Shown: one piece after another, positions 40,142-53,785 of the stretch | Layout of the letters: each line of letters starts with the position of its first letter | Numbering within the stretch: the first letter of the stretch is position 1 | Assembly (NCBI GenBank): GCA_009103225.1 | Contig: RHPI01002990.1 | Location: 834,341 to 898,340, forward strand | Length of the DNA: 64,000 bases | Direction: 5' to 3' | Source of the DNA: Chlorokybus atmophyticus | Lineage: Eukaryota > Plantae > Mesostigma and Chlorokybus algae | Program-made: the position numbers and the translations under genes | Notes under the pieces: model-generated | Told to the model about the DNA's origin: nothing | Databases searched by the model: none | What the model saw: the letters and a program-made list of their open reading frames with translations, nothing else

Positions 40142-41002
40142 ATGACTGGGTAAAGCGTGTTGCTTTTTGCGGCACTGGGCGCTTGTGACACCATCTAATA
40201 CACATGGCCACTTTGAGACATGTGCACATGCGCACGCACGCGCACACACAGGCGGAGGCACACCCCGGACAACAGGCGCGACTACATGATGGTGTGGGCC
40301 GGCACCCGCAGTGTCAAGGACCTCGATCGCCTCCTCTCTGACGACTACATCGGTAGGTGTGGTCTATATGTTGTGTCAAGACTTTTGTACGCAGAAACTG
40401 CTCAACTTCTGTGTATGTGTGTTTGCTGCGCAGCGATTCACCCTTTGGCTCCCAAAGATGAGCCCATCGAGGGCCGCAAAGCCCTGCAGGACTTTCATCA
40501 AGAGTTACACAATGTCTTGCAGCCCTTCAACAAATCGTGAGAGCAACACCATCATCTCCTCATCATACGCACGCACACGTGCATGTGCACACATGTTTAT
40601 GTGTGCACATGCGCAGGTATGAGATGATGGAGGGTCCCATGTCCAACGAGTGCATGTTCGGGTGGACGGTGCGCAGGAAGATGATGAACGACTTCCGCGA
40701 TAGCAAGGCTTCCAAGGACTGGGTGACCATCTCTGGCTGCGAAAAGCATACATTCAATGACCAAGTAAGGCTGGCATGATGAACAATACATGCATACATG
40801 CATCAACAGGCACGCACACGTGCTCATGCGCGTATGCGTGCAAGCATGCACACATGCACATACACAGGGGGAGATATGTCGCTCGGAGGTCTGCTATGAC
40901 GGGGATTACCTGCTGAAGCTGAGATGGAGGGCAAGGTCAAGCACCCCACATACTTTGATGACGAACGCGAGCGCGGGCACGGGGGTTTCTTCAGCAACAT
41001 AA
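40142..41002 (+). CDS. SnoaL-like / NTF2-fold protein (ester-cyclase-like), about 5 exons
   Basis: Spliced translation ...VKDLDRLLSDDYIAIHPLAPKDEPIEGRKALQDFHQELH..YEMMEGPMSNECMFGWTVRRKMMNDFRDSKASKDWVTISGCEKHTFNDQGEICRSEVCYDGDYLLKL follows the SnoaL pattern (L..LL.DD...H.P; GR..L..F; W; V.ISG...F..G.I....YD..LL). Start and stop are tentative. Confidence 0.7.
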
Positions 41003-41049
41003 TCTGAAGAGTGTAGAGAAAGACAGTACGCGAACAAACACTTGCTTTC

Positions 41050-41260
41050 TTTCAGTGTATGTGTGCGTGTGGGTGGGTGGGTGGGTGGGTATACGTGACT
41101 GATGGCATGTTGTGTTGGGTTGTGCTGGTGGTCGTTAGCAAAAGGCACAGCTGTGTGTGTCGCGGTGCTTTGTGAATGCCATAAGCAAGGCACCGCTCCT
41201 TGACCGAACTTCTCTCAGTTGTGCACAGGCATGCACACGTACACGCACGGACATTGTCAT
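41050..41260 (+). repeat. Partial copy (3' block) of the local repeat family
   Basis: gctggtggtcgttagcaaaaggcacagctgtgtgtgtcgcggtgc...agttgtgcacaggcatgcacacg aligns by eye with 44265-44400 and 46545-46670. Confidence 0.6.
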
Positions 41261-41583
41261 CAAGCTTTATCGAGATTGAAGTTCAATAATTACGGGGCAT
41301 GCGTGTTGTGTTCGACACGCATGCTGTAACTTCCAACAACAATGATGTCGACGTGCCGGCGGGGTGAGGGCGTGACTACGTGTGCCGTCTGGTAGTGAGC
41401 GCTGACACGGTGATGGCACTTACGCATATGTATGCATAGTTACTGTATGTTAGACTGCATTGCCTATGATGAGTATATATATTCACCTTGTCGTAATGTT
41501 GCTATGCACGAGCTAGAACCAAGGCAGAGCAACAGATTGTGTACATGTTGTTCATAGTATGTTGCATGCTGCTGGTTCAACCT

Positions 41584-42718
<1,135 letters not shown>

Positions 42719-43509
42719 NGGCTCCTATACTACTATACTGGCCAATGACGGCATCTCTGAAACTCACAGCAACTTCAGGGCCTTGGGTGTGCAGAACAAG
42801 ATGCATTGAGTTGCCATAATGATGGTACGCTGTGAGGTTGTTGACGGTGCTGCTTTAGTGTCAACAGCAGTGCGAATGAGCTTCAAGAGAGCCCAACACA
42901 CTACAACATGCATCACCATATGTGACTAGTTCGGTTTGGTGGTTGGTTCAACCAAGTACGACGCTGCTTGAGAAAACCCATACATGCAGGTGCTTCAAAC
43001 CGCCTCAAGAAAGTGAAGAGAACCACATGTATGAGAGTCCTTACCACCAAGGTTTGCTTTGACTATGGAGTTGCAGCTGCATGATGTCAATGGACTATGC
43101 ATGATGCGTTGAGCGTGCAAGAAGCGAACCTGCGAAAGGAGATTGAAGGCCCCAGGGTACTGAGTTTCTGAGTTTTTGTTGTTTTGTTTTTGCTCGTGTG
43201 CTTGTCAGGGAGACTAAGTCATGATGATGGCCCAGCAGCGTGGGCAGCATACCAATGTGTGGTCTACCCTGACCAGGCAGGAGGAGGCCTTGTGCTTTGC
43301 GGTCCTGCTGGGCCATCATGTTACTGAGGTCACCAGAGACAATGTCTCAGCAGAGAGCTGGGGAGAGAAGGGCCTCAGCTCTCAGCTCTCTGTCATTCAG
43401 TGTGTTGGCGACGGTGGTTGGCAGCGCCAGGGCTCAACAATAAAGAGCCTTGGTAAATCAGGGTCTTTTTTTCTTCAAGGCTCCAAGACGAGAACATGAG
43501 AGGTCAATA

Positions 43510-44420
43510 ACATGCAGCAAGCGCTGGTTCAAACGGGGCAGGAGGCGGGGACCTCAGCAGCAGGGCCGGCGGCGTGGGCGTGGGCGTGAGCGTGGGCAAT
43601 TTCATCACGGACACATCTCCTCGCTTCGTCTTGAAAGACAGTGCAGCCGGCGGCTGAACCCCTAGCCCATCCCAGATGAACAATGCTACACCTCCTCCAC
43701 CCCCTCCTCCTCGTCCTTCTCTCACAGACAGAGCAGCAGTGCTGCACCCCCTTCCGCTCCGTCCCGTTTGGCATAAGCTCGTGCTGAAGACACTCAATGG
43801 GCCGCTGTACTAGCTGCTGCGTTACCATGCGTTCGTGCACGGTCTTAAAGGGAGCAAATCTGGAAGGAGGAGCAGGTCACCGGAAAAGAAGAAGAGGCAT
43901 GACAAGAGTAAGTTCAAGATCCGAAATTTGTTCACAGACGTCCCACCAGCCATGTGGTGTGTGGCAATTTCATCATCACAGTGGCACTCGTGGGGGTGGT
44001 CCCAAGAAAGTAAGCTGTACTGGCACATCATACTCCCCCGTTCTTGCTCTAGGGTTTATGTTTGGCTGATCGCTGATCTTCGTGTGAAATGCTTGCAGCA
44101 CGGTTCAATTGACTATACCGTTGTCCACGCTACTAGCGACAACCACCTGATGCAGAAAATGATAGAACACAAAGAAACACTGGCTTATAGTGTTAGTGTG
44201 CTTGTGCGTGTGCGTGTACGCGTATGTGTGGGTACAGTAATTGTAGTGGCTGATTTGAGCTGGACTTTGCTGGTGGTCGTGAGAGAAGGCAAGGCTCGGC
44301 TGTGTCACGGTGCTGTGCGAGGCCCATTGTCAAGAAGCTGTGCCTCGCAACAGACACTTCTTCCAGTTGTGCGCACGCACGCACACACGCGCTCACACCA
44401 AGTTGAGCAGCAACATACAC
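43510..44420 (+). repeat. Local repeat family copy A (~0.9 kb)
   Basis: Shares blocks with copies B and C: ggaggcggggacct, gtgctgcacccc, agctcgtgctgaagacactcaatgggcc, gttaccatgcgt, aggcatgaca, tgcttgcagca, ggtggtcgt..aaggca. Confidence 0.8.
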
Positions 44421-45089
44421 TGTCTTCACACATGTCCCAGTTGGCAGCTCGGGGTCAGTGTCTTTTACCCTATGCCCAATGCCCACCACATGAGTACATG
44501 TGCAGCTTGTAGAGATCGCAGAACGATTGTCATTGGCATTGTCGTTGATGTTGCGTCGGTTGTGTTACTTGTTATTGTTGTTGGCACATGTATGTTTATA
44601 GTGGTAACAGGACCTGTGGCTTATGCTTGCACCCACGAGAGAGAAAGAGAGAGAGAGAGAGACACCTACTCTAACCGGCCGCCAATTCAGTGAAAGGCTT
44701 GACACGCAGTCTACAATATAAATAAATGTGTATACAGTCCGTTGCTTGAGGTCATCTTGATGGCGGAGCGACGCATGCGCAGCAACTTTAGAACCAAGCG
44801 TGACTACACGCTTATCACAGGCAATGCACACCAACATCATGGTTGTCAGTGGTGATAGGGCATGCGTACAAGAGATGCGAGGTAGAACTCGGACATGGAA
44901 ATCTAGGTGCACATGTTATGCCAACACCACCACAATCACTCACCAACTTGACCAACGGGCTAAGGCATGCGCTTGCATGCTATCCACCAACTACCCGTTA
45001 CCTTAACACTGCCCTCTGTTAAACATGCATGCATGCATAGTGGCAGTCACCTGCACCACCGTCTGGTCAGAGTGGACCGGTGTAAAATC

Positions 45090-45930
45090 AGTGTTGATCT
45101 TGTTGGGATTGTTGTGTGCCCGCGTGCGTACACAACTTTCATAATGTCCGTTGCAAGGCATAGCGTATTAACAACGGGTCCCACAAAACACCACGACACG
45201 CAGCCGTGCCTTACGTAACCCAGCAGCACAATTACCTGCTTAAAACCACAATCACTCTACTCACACATACGCACGCACACTCTAAGCGTTTGTTCGGCCG
45301 ATGTCAACGTTAGCAAATAGCTGCAGCTGGGTTTGTCCAGAGTTGCCGCAAGTGCGTTCACAAAAGCATCACCAAGCAAACCATGCTGCAAGCAATTACG
45401 CAGATAAGCCAACCCAAATACAAGCAATAAAACAAGGATGGGGCGAATGAGACGCAAATCTATAGTTCATCTCCTGAGGGCCACGCCTTGTGTTCCACGA
45501 CCACTAAGATGTTACCATCATGGCCCAAGTTGGTAAAACTGTTTTGAACAGCTACTGAATCCAACTATGTCATGCCTTTTCTCTCCCTGTGACTGGATCT
45601 CTCACATTGTCTAGCTTTTCTAAAAGAGTGGCTGAAGATTCTAGTGGACGCATGGTAACACATCAGCCAGCACAGTGGCCCAATGGCGATCTTCAGCACG
45701 AGCTTCTACAAAAAGGACGAAGGGGAGGGGGTGTAGCACTGCTTTCTCTGTGAGGACGAGGAGGAGGGGGCGGAGGAGGAGAAGGCGGTGTAGCACTAAT
45801 TATCGGGGATGGGGAATCAGCTGCCTGTTGCCCTTGCACGATCAAGCGAGAAAACGTGTCCGTCGAACGCGCCCGCCCACGCCACCCCTGCCGCCGCCCC
45901 TCCAAGGTCCCCACTCCGACGAACAATAAA
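45090..45930 (-). repeat. Local repeat family copy B (inverted)
   Basis: Reverse complement is colinear with copy A, e.g. agtgctacaccccc...agaagctcgtgctgaagatcgccattgggccactgtgctggctgatgtgttaccatgcgt...aaaaggcatgacatag...tgcttgcagcatggtt...gtgtgcgtgcgtatgtgtgagtagagtgattgt. Confidence 0.75.
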
Positions 45931-45974
45931 GGCCCTTCGACTGAAAGGCTGTGTGCCAATAAACAAATGAACAT

Positions 45975-46700
45975 ATAGCAGGCTTGTCTAAACAAGCCAG
46001 GAGGCGGGGACCTTAGCTGGGGCGATGGCAGGGGCGTGGGTGCGCGGGTGTTGGGTATTGCTGGGAATGAGGTAGGAGGGAGGAGGGGTTAACGCATGTA
46101 GGCAAGGGTTTCAGAGGTTGAGTAAGTAAAGCCAGGGCACGGGGGGGCATTGTGTGCGCATGTAGGTCCACCGCGCCACACTAGCATGGCTGATGAGCAC
46201 AGATCTCCTCTTCCTTTGATCTTGCAAGGGCAAGCGGTTGCAGCTGACAGCCTAGCGCACATTAGTGCACCTCCTCCTCCGCCTCCTCCTCCCCCTCGAC
46301 CTATTTGCAGACAGACCAGTGCTGCACCCCCTCCTATTCCTTTTTGGAAGGAGCTCTTGCTGAAGACACTCAACGGGCCAGCGGTTACCTTGGGTTCAGG
46401 ATAGGCTAGAAGCTATGTCGTTTATTTCAAAAAGACCTCGAATGAACCCGTCACCATAGAGGCATGGAAAGAGGCATTGACTAGATTTGTTGAAATTGCG
46501 TTGAGTAAATGCGGTCGCTGTTTTGAACTAGCAGTTGTTGTGCTTTGGTGGTCGTTAGGGAAGGCACCGCTGCGCGCGTCACAGTGCATCAAGAGGCCTG
46601 TTGTGTGAGACGCTGCGCCTTGCAATACACATTGTTGCACACGCATGCACACACGCTTGCACGCGCACACCAGATTCCAACATGGTGTTCACATGAACTG
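45975..46700 (+). repeat. Local repeat family copy C (middle part deleted or replaced)
   Basis: ggaggcggggacctt...gtgctgcaccccc...gagctcttgctgaagacactcaacgggcc...ggtggtcgttagggaaggcacc, colinear with copy A. Confidence 0.75.
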
Positions 46701-46944
46701 TTGTTGCAAGAACCAGCTGACAGCTTGGGCCAGTGTCTCACAAGGCACGCATGCCCGCCAACCACCAGCCATGATGTTGGAGTGAATTGCCTGTGATGAT
46801 GTGTGTACAGAAAATGCAATCGGGGTATGTATTCACACCTTGTTTCAAGGTTGGTATGCATGCATTGTTTGCACCGTGATTAGCAGAGCAACCTACTGTG
46901 TACACATTGAGGATTCTCTGTTGCATACTCGTCGCAACATCCCC

Positions 46945-47460
46945 NNNNNNNNNNNNNNNNNNNNNNNNNNNNNNNNNNNNNNNNNNNNNNNNNNNNNNNN
47001 NNNNNNNNNNNNNNNNNNNNNNNNNNNNNNNNNNNNNNNNNNNNNNNNNNNNNNNNNNNNNNNNNNNNNNNNNNNNNNNNNNNNNNNNNNNNNNNNNNNN
47101 NNNNNNNNNNNNNNNNNNNNNNNNNNNNNNNNNNNNNNNNNNNNNNNNNNNNNNNNNNNNNNNNNNNNNNNNNNNNNNNNNNNNNNNNNNNNNNNNNNNN
47201 NNNNNNNNNNNNNNNNNNNNNNNNNNNNNNNNNNNNNNNNNNNNNNNNNNNNNNNNNNNNNNNNNNNNNNNNNNNNNNNNNNNNNNNNNNNNNNNNNNNN
47301 NNNNNNNNNNNNNNNNNNNNNNNNNNNNNNNNNNNNNNNNNNNNNNNNNNNNNNNNNNNNNNNNNNNNNNNNNNNNNNNNNNNNNNNNNNNNNNNNNNNN
47401 NNNNNNNNNNNNNNNNNNNNNNNNNNNNNNNNNNNNNNNNNNNNNNNNNNNNNNNNNNNN

Positions 47461-47490
<30 letters not shown>
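46945..47490. other. Assembly gap (N 46945-47460) abutting a (CT)n tract
   Basis: A run of N followed by ctctct... Confidence 0.95.
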
Positions 47491-47498
<8 letters not shown>

Positions 47499-48306
47499 AT
47501 CCAATGCAAGCATAGCCCCATTTGTCCTTTTGTATCATCTCCATCATACAATCGCCAACGACAACGACAACAACAACAACAATTCCTACGATGATGATAA
47601 CAATCCGTGATGAGGGCTTCACAAGCTACACGTTTGGTGGGCATCAAGTCGGGCACAGTGGTGGTGGGGACCTCATATTGAAGCACGGGTTTGCTACCTC
47701 GATACTCTTCAGCGTATCGAGGGGGTTCAGTCTCCTTTTCTTGCTTTGGACTGACGAGCATAGCCCAAGTATTGATTGCAAACTATAATAGGTACCTACC
47801 ACTACAAGCTGCAGAAGATCCACAAAAGCTGTAGCATGTCCTCATTAGCAGCATACGTGCGCACACAGCACAAGCGGTCAGCATAGGTGCGTGGGCAACA
47901 GGCGTGGGATGCGTGTCGAGCAGGGGCTACCGGCTTGACATAGCAGGTACGGCACCTACTTAGTACCTTTTCATGAAACAGGCACGACTGCGTGTTAACT
48001 TCTTTCATCTAGCATGAATATGACACAACAAGGTTGTAAACAATGGCAGCAAAGTCGTATAAGAAACGGAAAGCCACATTCAGAATTAGCTGAGACATGC
48101 ATAAACCTGCTTATAGCAATGGCCTGTAATGATGGCTAGGACAGTTAAGGACACGCCAGGATGGATCTCCTCCAAGACAAGGACTGTACTGCTCTGCACT
48201 CCATGCCAGTATAACCAGGCTCGTTTGCAGCAGTCAGAATGCTGCTGATAAATCGATTGCACCAAACAAGTAGTGGTTTCAATACAAAGGTGTGGCGCAA
48301 CCAAGT

Positions 48307-48351
48307 TAGCGGTTGAGAGAACAGTGCCGAGCACTGTTCTCTCAACCGCTA
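48307..48351. other. Perfect 21-bp inverted repeat with a 3-nt loop in the TLK 3' flank
   Basis: TAGCGGTTGAGAGAACAGTGC-CGA-GCACTGTTCTCTCAACCGCTA. Confidence 0.95.
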
Positions 48352-48377
48352 CAGCTAATGCTTGCAACAAGGGGAGG

Positions 48378-51300
48378 TCAACAACTCCTTCGCGCCTTGG
48401 CAATGGCCAAATAAGGGTCCGTGGCAGCAGCCAACACGTCAGGGCGATCCTGCTGCTTGCTCGTCAAACACCGCCGGATGAATTCCTAAGACATCACGGT
48501 TGTTGTTACGCAAAGCCAACCCCACCAACCCATAGCATTATGCCGTCACCACTATCTACTGAGCACCTTGCAAACAATAACTGTGGCAACACCAACAGTG
48601 ATGGTTACAGTGTGTTAGTGCTTGACTGCTCAGCAAGGTCTCATTTACCTTTGCTTCATTTGACACAACTGGTTTGGGAGGAAACTCCACGCCGCGACTG
48701 CGAACGATGGTTTCTTCCCGCAAGATCTTTTCTTGGGATAGGTCGTGCCCAAATGGTCTTCGACCATACAGCATCTGATAGAGGATGACTCCAGCCGCCC
48801 ACACATCCACCTGCCAAGGCATCCAAGTTCACAATCTCACGCTGCCGAACACAGCTCTGCTTACATCCTGCATGACTGTGCATACCTTAGATGATATTCG
48901 CGGTGGCTTCCCACTCATCTCAAAGCACTCTGGCGGCAGATACCTGTCAATAATACTCTTTAGCTACACAAGTATACTATCCACACAGTCTTATGTGCCT
49001 CAACCTGCTGCATGCCGTCACTGCCGGGCATAATCAATCTTACCAGTAAGTTCCAGCTCCCTGCGATGTGAGCTCCATGCTATCAATGCCGATTTCTTCC
49101 ACAATCTTGCTTAACCCAAAGTCGGTGAGCTTTGCTCGTCCGTTAACATCGAACAAGATGTTGCCAGGCTTGAGATCGTAGTGTATCACTCGGCGAGACG
49201 GGTCGTTCAGATAGGCCAGTGCTGAAAACACCTGAGATTCCAGCCAGATGGACATCAGCTTCACGCCTGAGTCCAAACATGTGCTGTGTCATTGACAACA
49301 CGCAAGACCATGCTTGCCTGCATTACGATGGTGCGCGCTTCACGTTCTGACAGCATATGGTTGGCCTTCAGATGCGCATCCAAGTCATTACCTACATCAG
49401 CAAAGTGTCAGCCAGGGACCTCAGAAAGCTTTACAAAACCACTGATCAAGCACCGCCAACACACCTTCACAGTACTCCAGAACTGTGGCAAAGGTGTTGG
49501 TGTCAATCTCAAAGATGTCATGCAGGCGCACTATGCTTGGATGCTCCAAGTTGCGATGGATGTTGTACTCTCGCATAGCATGCCGCACGTAGCTCTGCTT
49601 CTTTGCTTCATTCCATTGCATATTCAGTTGATGAATCTTGCAGGCAACCTCTCGCAGGTCAACAAGATCGTAAGCCTGCGTTCAACAATGCAAGCAACAT
49701 CGCGTTGGTGAGGACTCAATGGCCAGGGTGTGCAACAAGGGACAACAACAGCAATAACCACCAGAGAGAGTGCACACCTTGTACACTTCACTGAATCCGC
49801 CCTTGCCAAGCAGATTCAACATCACATAACGCTTGTTCAGCACACAATAAGTGTTGAACCGTGAAGCATCCTCATCCCTGACTCGCTTCAACTCTCGTAT
49901 GTGCTTGCTCTTTGCCGCGTCAAGCCTTTCTCTTTCTTTGAGCAAGTAGTCTTCTTCCTGATATGACAGTCATACTTAGTATCGTGTACACCATATACCA
50001 AAGATACTGTGACGGCACAATAGTCACAACTTACCTTTTTCAAGTTCGCTAGTTTAATTTTGTAAATCTCCTCTGCTATCTGCTGATCTTGGCCGGTCAT
50101 TGCTCCGTTCTCGTCAACAGCTTCTCCATCTGCAAAGTTGGCTTGGTCAAAAGCCCTTAACAATAAGCGACAGCTGTTCACAAGTGTGGTTAAACGTGCT
50201 CACCTACAACAGTGGGAGGCTTCTTGAGCTGTTTGCGCAACCGTTCCACTGCTTCGCGCTGTTGCGTGAGGGCTACCTGCGCAAGGGCGTCAAGTGCTGA
50301 TACACGGTTTCTACAAAGCAGATGTGGTGTCAAGGAAGTTGGAGAAAATCGTACACATAGCGACTACTGTACCTGTTTTGCATTCAGGTCAACAAATGAT
50401 TGACCGTCTTCCCACACCTCTGACAGAACTGGCCCAGCTCTGGACATGGACACACTGCCGATGAGCCTTGTTGTCAACAAAGTGTAAGAAAGGGTGCACG
50501 GTTGCTCACCTTTGCACACCAATAGTACCAAGCATGACTTGGTCCTGCCTGAGCTTCACTCGGCAGGCCATGCGCTCCTTCTTTGCCGCCTCAACGACCA
50601 AGTCCGCCAGCATTCGGCAAACCTGTTCGCACCCACCATAAGACACACCACATGGGAGGATGTAATTGCCAAGCATGCCCAACAAAAACGCACACCTTCA
50701 ACTCTCGGCACTGCTCACGCTCTGAGGCTTTCTGCAGCTCCTGCAAGTTACAACAGCTGGTAAGCACCCTAATTGCAGACTCAACAAGGTTGCTGTGATT
50801 GATGGGCAGCATTATTGTTAATTTTGTCATACAGCTGCTGCCCTTGCGAGGTAATATAAAAGTAACTTCTTGCCACCAGATGGCATCTAAACACTTTTTA
50901 ACTAGAACCGTACCGCAACAAGCTTCTGGTTCTGCTGCTCAGCCTCCTGCAGGGCCTCTTGAGCCCGTGTGCTTTGTTGCTGGGTAGCCTCCATTTGCGA
51001 TCGCCATGATAGACGCTCTTGCTGAACAAGTACACAAGAGATTGATACGGTTTTCGTAATACAAGCAGTTCCGACACAAACGGCTTGCTCACAAACGGCG
51101 GGGGCTTACCTCAAAAGCCTGGCGCTGCTGCTCCAATGAGGCATGCGACTTTTCCAGTGAGACCTGTCGTTGGCAAGTTAACAAGTAGTAAGCAAAGTTG
51201 AGATAAGCTGCATTCATGCATGGCAAGTATTGTGAAGTTCAATGACCGGGGCATAAGCATACCGTAGTTTGGCAACCCTTGGCCGTGCTTGGTGCGCAAA

Positions 51301-52663
51301 TGCGCGTGGTGATAGATGCAACTCGCACATCTGTTTCCGTGGAGTGCCGTGATTCCTCATTCAACTGCATGCAGCATATAAACAGCCTTCAGAAATGGTT
51401 GAACACCTTACAATGTTGCACACTGCGCTTACCATGCAACCAATTACCTGTGCACTGAGCCTTGCTTTTCGACTTCTGGTCAGCCGAGCATCCCCGCTAT
51501 CGTCATGCTGGATGCCAACGCTTGGAGGCGTGCTCAAAACACCATCCCGTAGCAAACGCTTGTAGCGGCGCTTCAATGCTGCCGGCGTTCTTTCTGGCAA
51601 GCACGACGATGACACTACATCCCAGTTTTGTCCATTATTTCGCACGCCCTGCGCACATTATTACAACTACTTGATTGCCAGTCAATGTGCGGACACGCAA
51701 CTTGGCACATTCAGTGCTTCAATGCGAACCTCAAGCAATAGGCAATCCTCTTCCTTGCTGAATGTACGTTTGCTCATTGTCCTCTTTGTGCCTCGCTGGG
51801 CATTATGTGCCATATGAAAAGCCGCGCCGCTATCCTGCACGGTCTTGCTGTGATCAGGCCAGCGTACATGGGCAGTGCTCACCAATCCACACGCAACCAA
51901 CGTGCTCGGTGATAACACTGCAGTCTAGGACATCTGATGCGTGCCAGTTCGGGCAACATGCAACAAATGTTGCCCGAACGGTTTACTGTTTCTTATCATG
52001 ATGAACCACGACGTACGACCACAATCGAGGCTTTCAAATGAACCTGAAGTGACCACAGTGCTGCAGCTCGCTGCGACCAGCAGCTGACAGCAACCGCTTA
52101 TAATTCATGCTATAGTCTTGCAGTACCATTGGACAACTGGCATGCTTGCATCGCTAGACTGCAGCATCGCTGTGGTGACCAGCTCTCGCCATCGGCGTCC
52201 GTGCGCATTGCATGTATGCTTAAAGTAAGTACAACAAGCTCCAATTGTCCTCATTTTGCATGCGCTGTTCACACTATTGTTTGGTACCCCACCCCGCAAC
52301 GAAGCGGTGGTAGGGCTTGAGAAGGATGAAACACATAGCTTAGGCTATCAGCAACCCGTGCGCCCATGTGACCTTGACTGTTCCAATTACCAACCACTTC
52401 CACAGCTTCAATTCGCCACAATTATAATGCTGTACTAACACCATTAGGGTTTGAGAGCAAAGTGCAAACGACAAGCTTACATCGTCGGAGTCGGAGGTGG
52501 ACGGCAGCTCGTCGTCAGCCAAATCAGGGAGGACGAGGCCACTGGCGTCGGGAGCAGCAGCCGTCTGGGCCCCAGTCAGCCTGGCCTCCAGCAGGCGCAG
52601 GCGCTCGGAGGCGCCATTAGAGTTGGCGCTGTTGGACAGCTGGAGCATGAGCGCCTCCGCCAT
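48378..52663 (-). CDS. TSL: Tousled-like Ser/Thr kinase with an inserted Myb/SANT-like domain
   Basis: Plant TSL-type start ([26 protein letters not shown]), coiled coil with EVWEDGQSF, kinase [88 protein letters not shown], ending [17 protein letters not shown]. Confidence 0.95.
52444..52452 (-). promoter_or_regulatory. Telo-box-like AAACCCTAA in TLK intron 1
   Basis: TTAGGGTTT on the + strand, about 28 nt inside the first intron (donor at 52480). Function is inferred only. Confidence 0.35.
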
Positions 52664-53062
52664 CGGGAGGAACGCCAATACAACTGCTGCAGCACAGCAA
52701 CACAACCAACACGACCCCGAAAGAAACTTCAATCAGCTGAGAGCTCACATCATGCCACACCCACAAGTTCAACAACGACAACGACCACCTCGCCCACAAC
52801 CAGCACGCTGCCCTCCACCCGCCTACCACCCGCCGGATGCAGCACAGCGCTGCTGCTGTGCACACTTGTGTGCGCAAGCAAGCGGCAGGCGCCGAATTAC
52901 GTGAATACGAACGCAGCAACCTGAATTGGCCGACCCGGGAAAACCCGCGAGACCCCGCCAAAAAAGCGAGTTGCGAAGCATTTGGGTGGTTGCGCAACAT
53001 GACCTGAGGTCATTGACCCACACGTGTGCATGCAGAATGTGAAATGTATACCTACATCCAAC

Positions 53063-53739
53063 CAGGGGTGCAGCTAAGGATCTGAACCTCAAGCCATTGG
53101 CTGTTTTGTGAGTAGGGTCGCATAAGTCCGAGCCACTTGATGGCTAATTCAGTTGAAAACTTGAACGCACCTACCAATATGTTTATGCATGTGTAGTTTT
53201 AGCAGCAATGCATGCAATGTGCTTATCTGAATATGCAAGTCAGCAAGCGAGCAACAATGTTTTTAGATTACGTGACATAAAGCTCACAACTTGCAATGCA
53301 GCTAGTCTAAGCGCTAACATGGCGTGTATCCTTATTGAGTTAGACCTTTGAGGCAGCCTTGTAGTTGAATTCGTCATGCGCGTAGCCGCTACGCGTTGCG
53401 CGCACACAGATTTTAAGATGCGGCTCCACGAGGCTATTGCTTGGCCTGTTTTTAATAATATTCATTGTTCAGAAGAAAGACGCTCGTTATGAACGCTACC
53501 TATTGGAAGCACTAGCATGATGCGAGCTAATATCAGATATTCGATGATGCGATCAGCTTGCAACACATTGCTAACCAACTGCTGCCAAAAGTTGAACGCC
53601 ACCGCCAGGCGAGCCGCCGACTCCATCACCTGAGCAAAAGAATGCTATTGCGCATCAGTTGGTTGCACATCCACCAACGCAGAGACTGTGCGGGCGCCTG
53701 CATGAGTGTTTAGGACATGCTCTACTCTGTAGCAGAGAG

Positions 53740-53785
<46 letters not shown>

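Noticed and set aside
41297-41324. 10-bp hairpin GCATGCGTGT...ACACGCATGC
   Set aside because: Built from GCATGC/ACAC motifs that are abundant in this genome's introns, so likely background.
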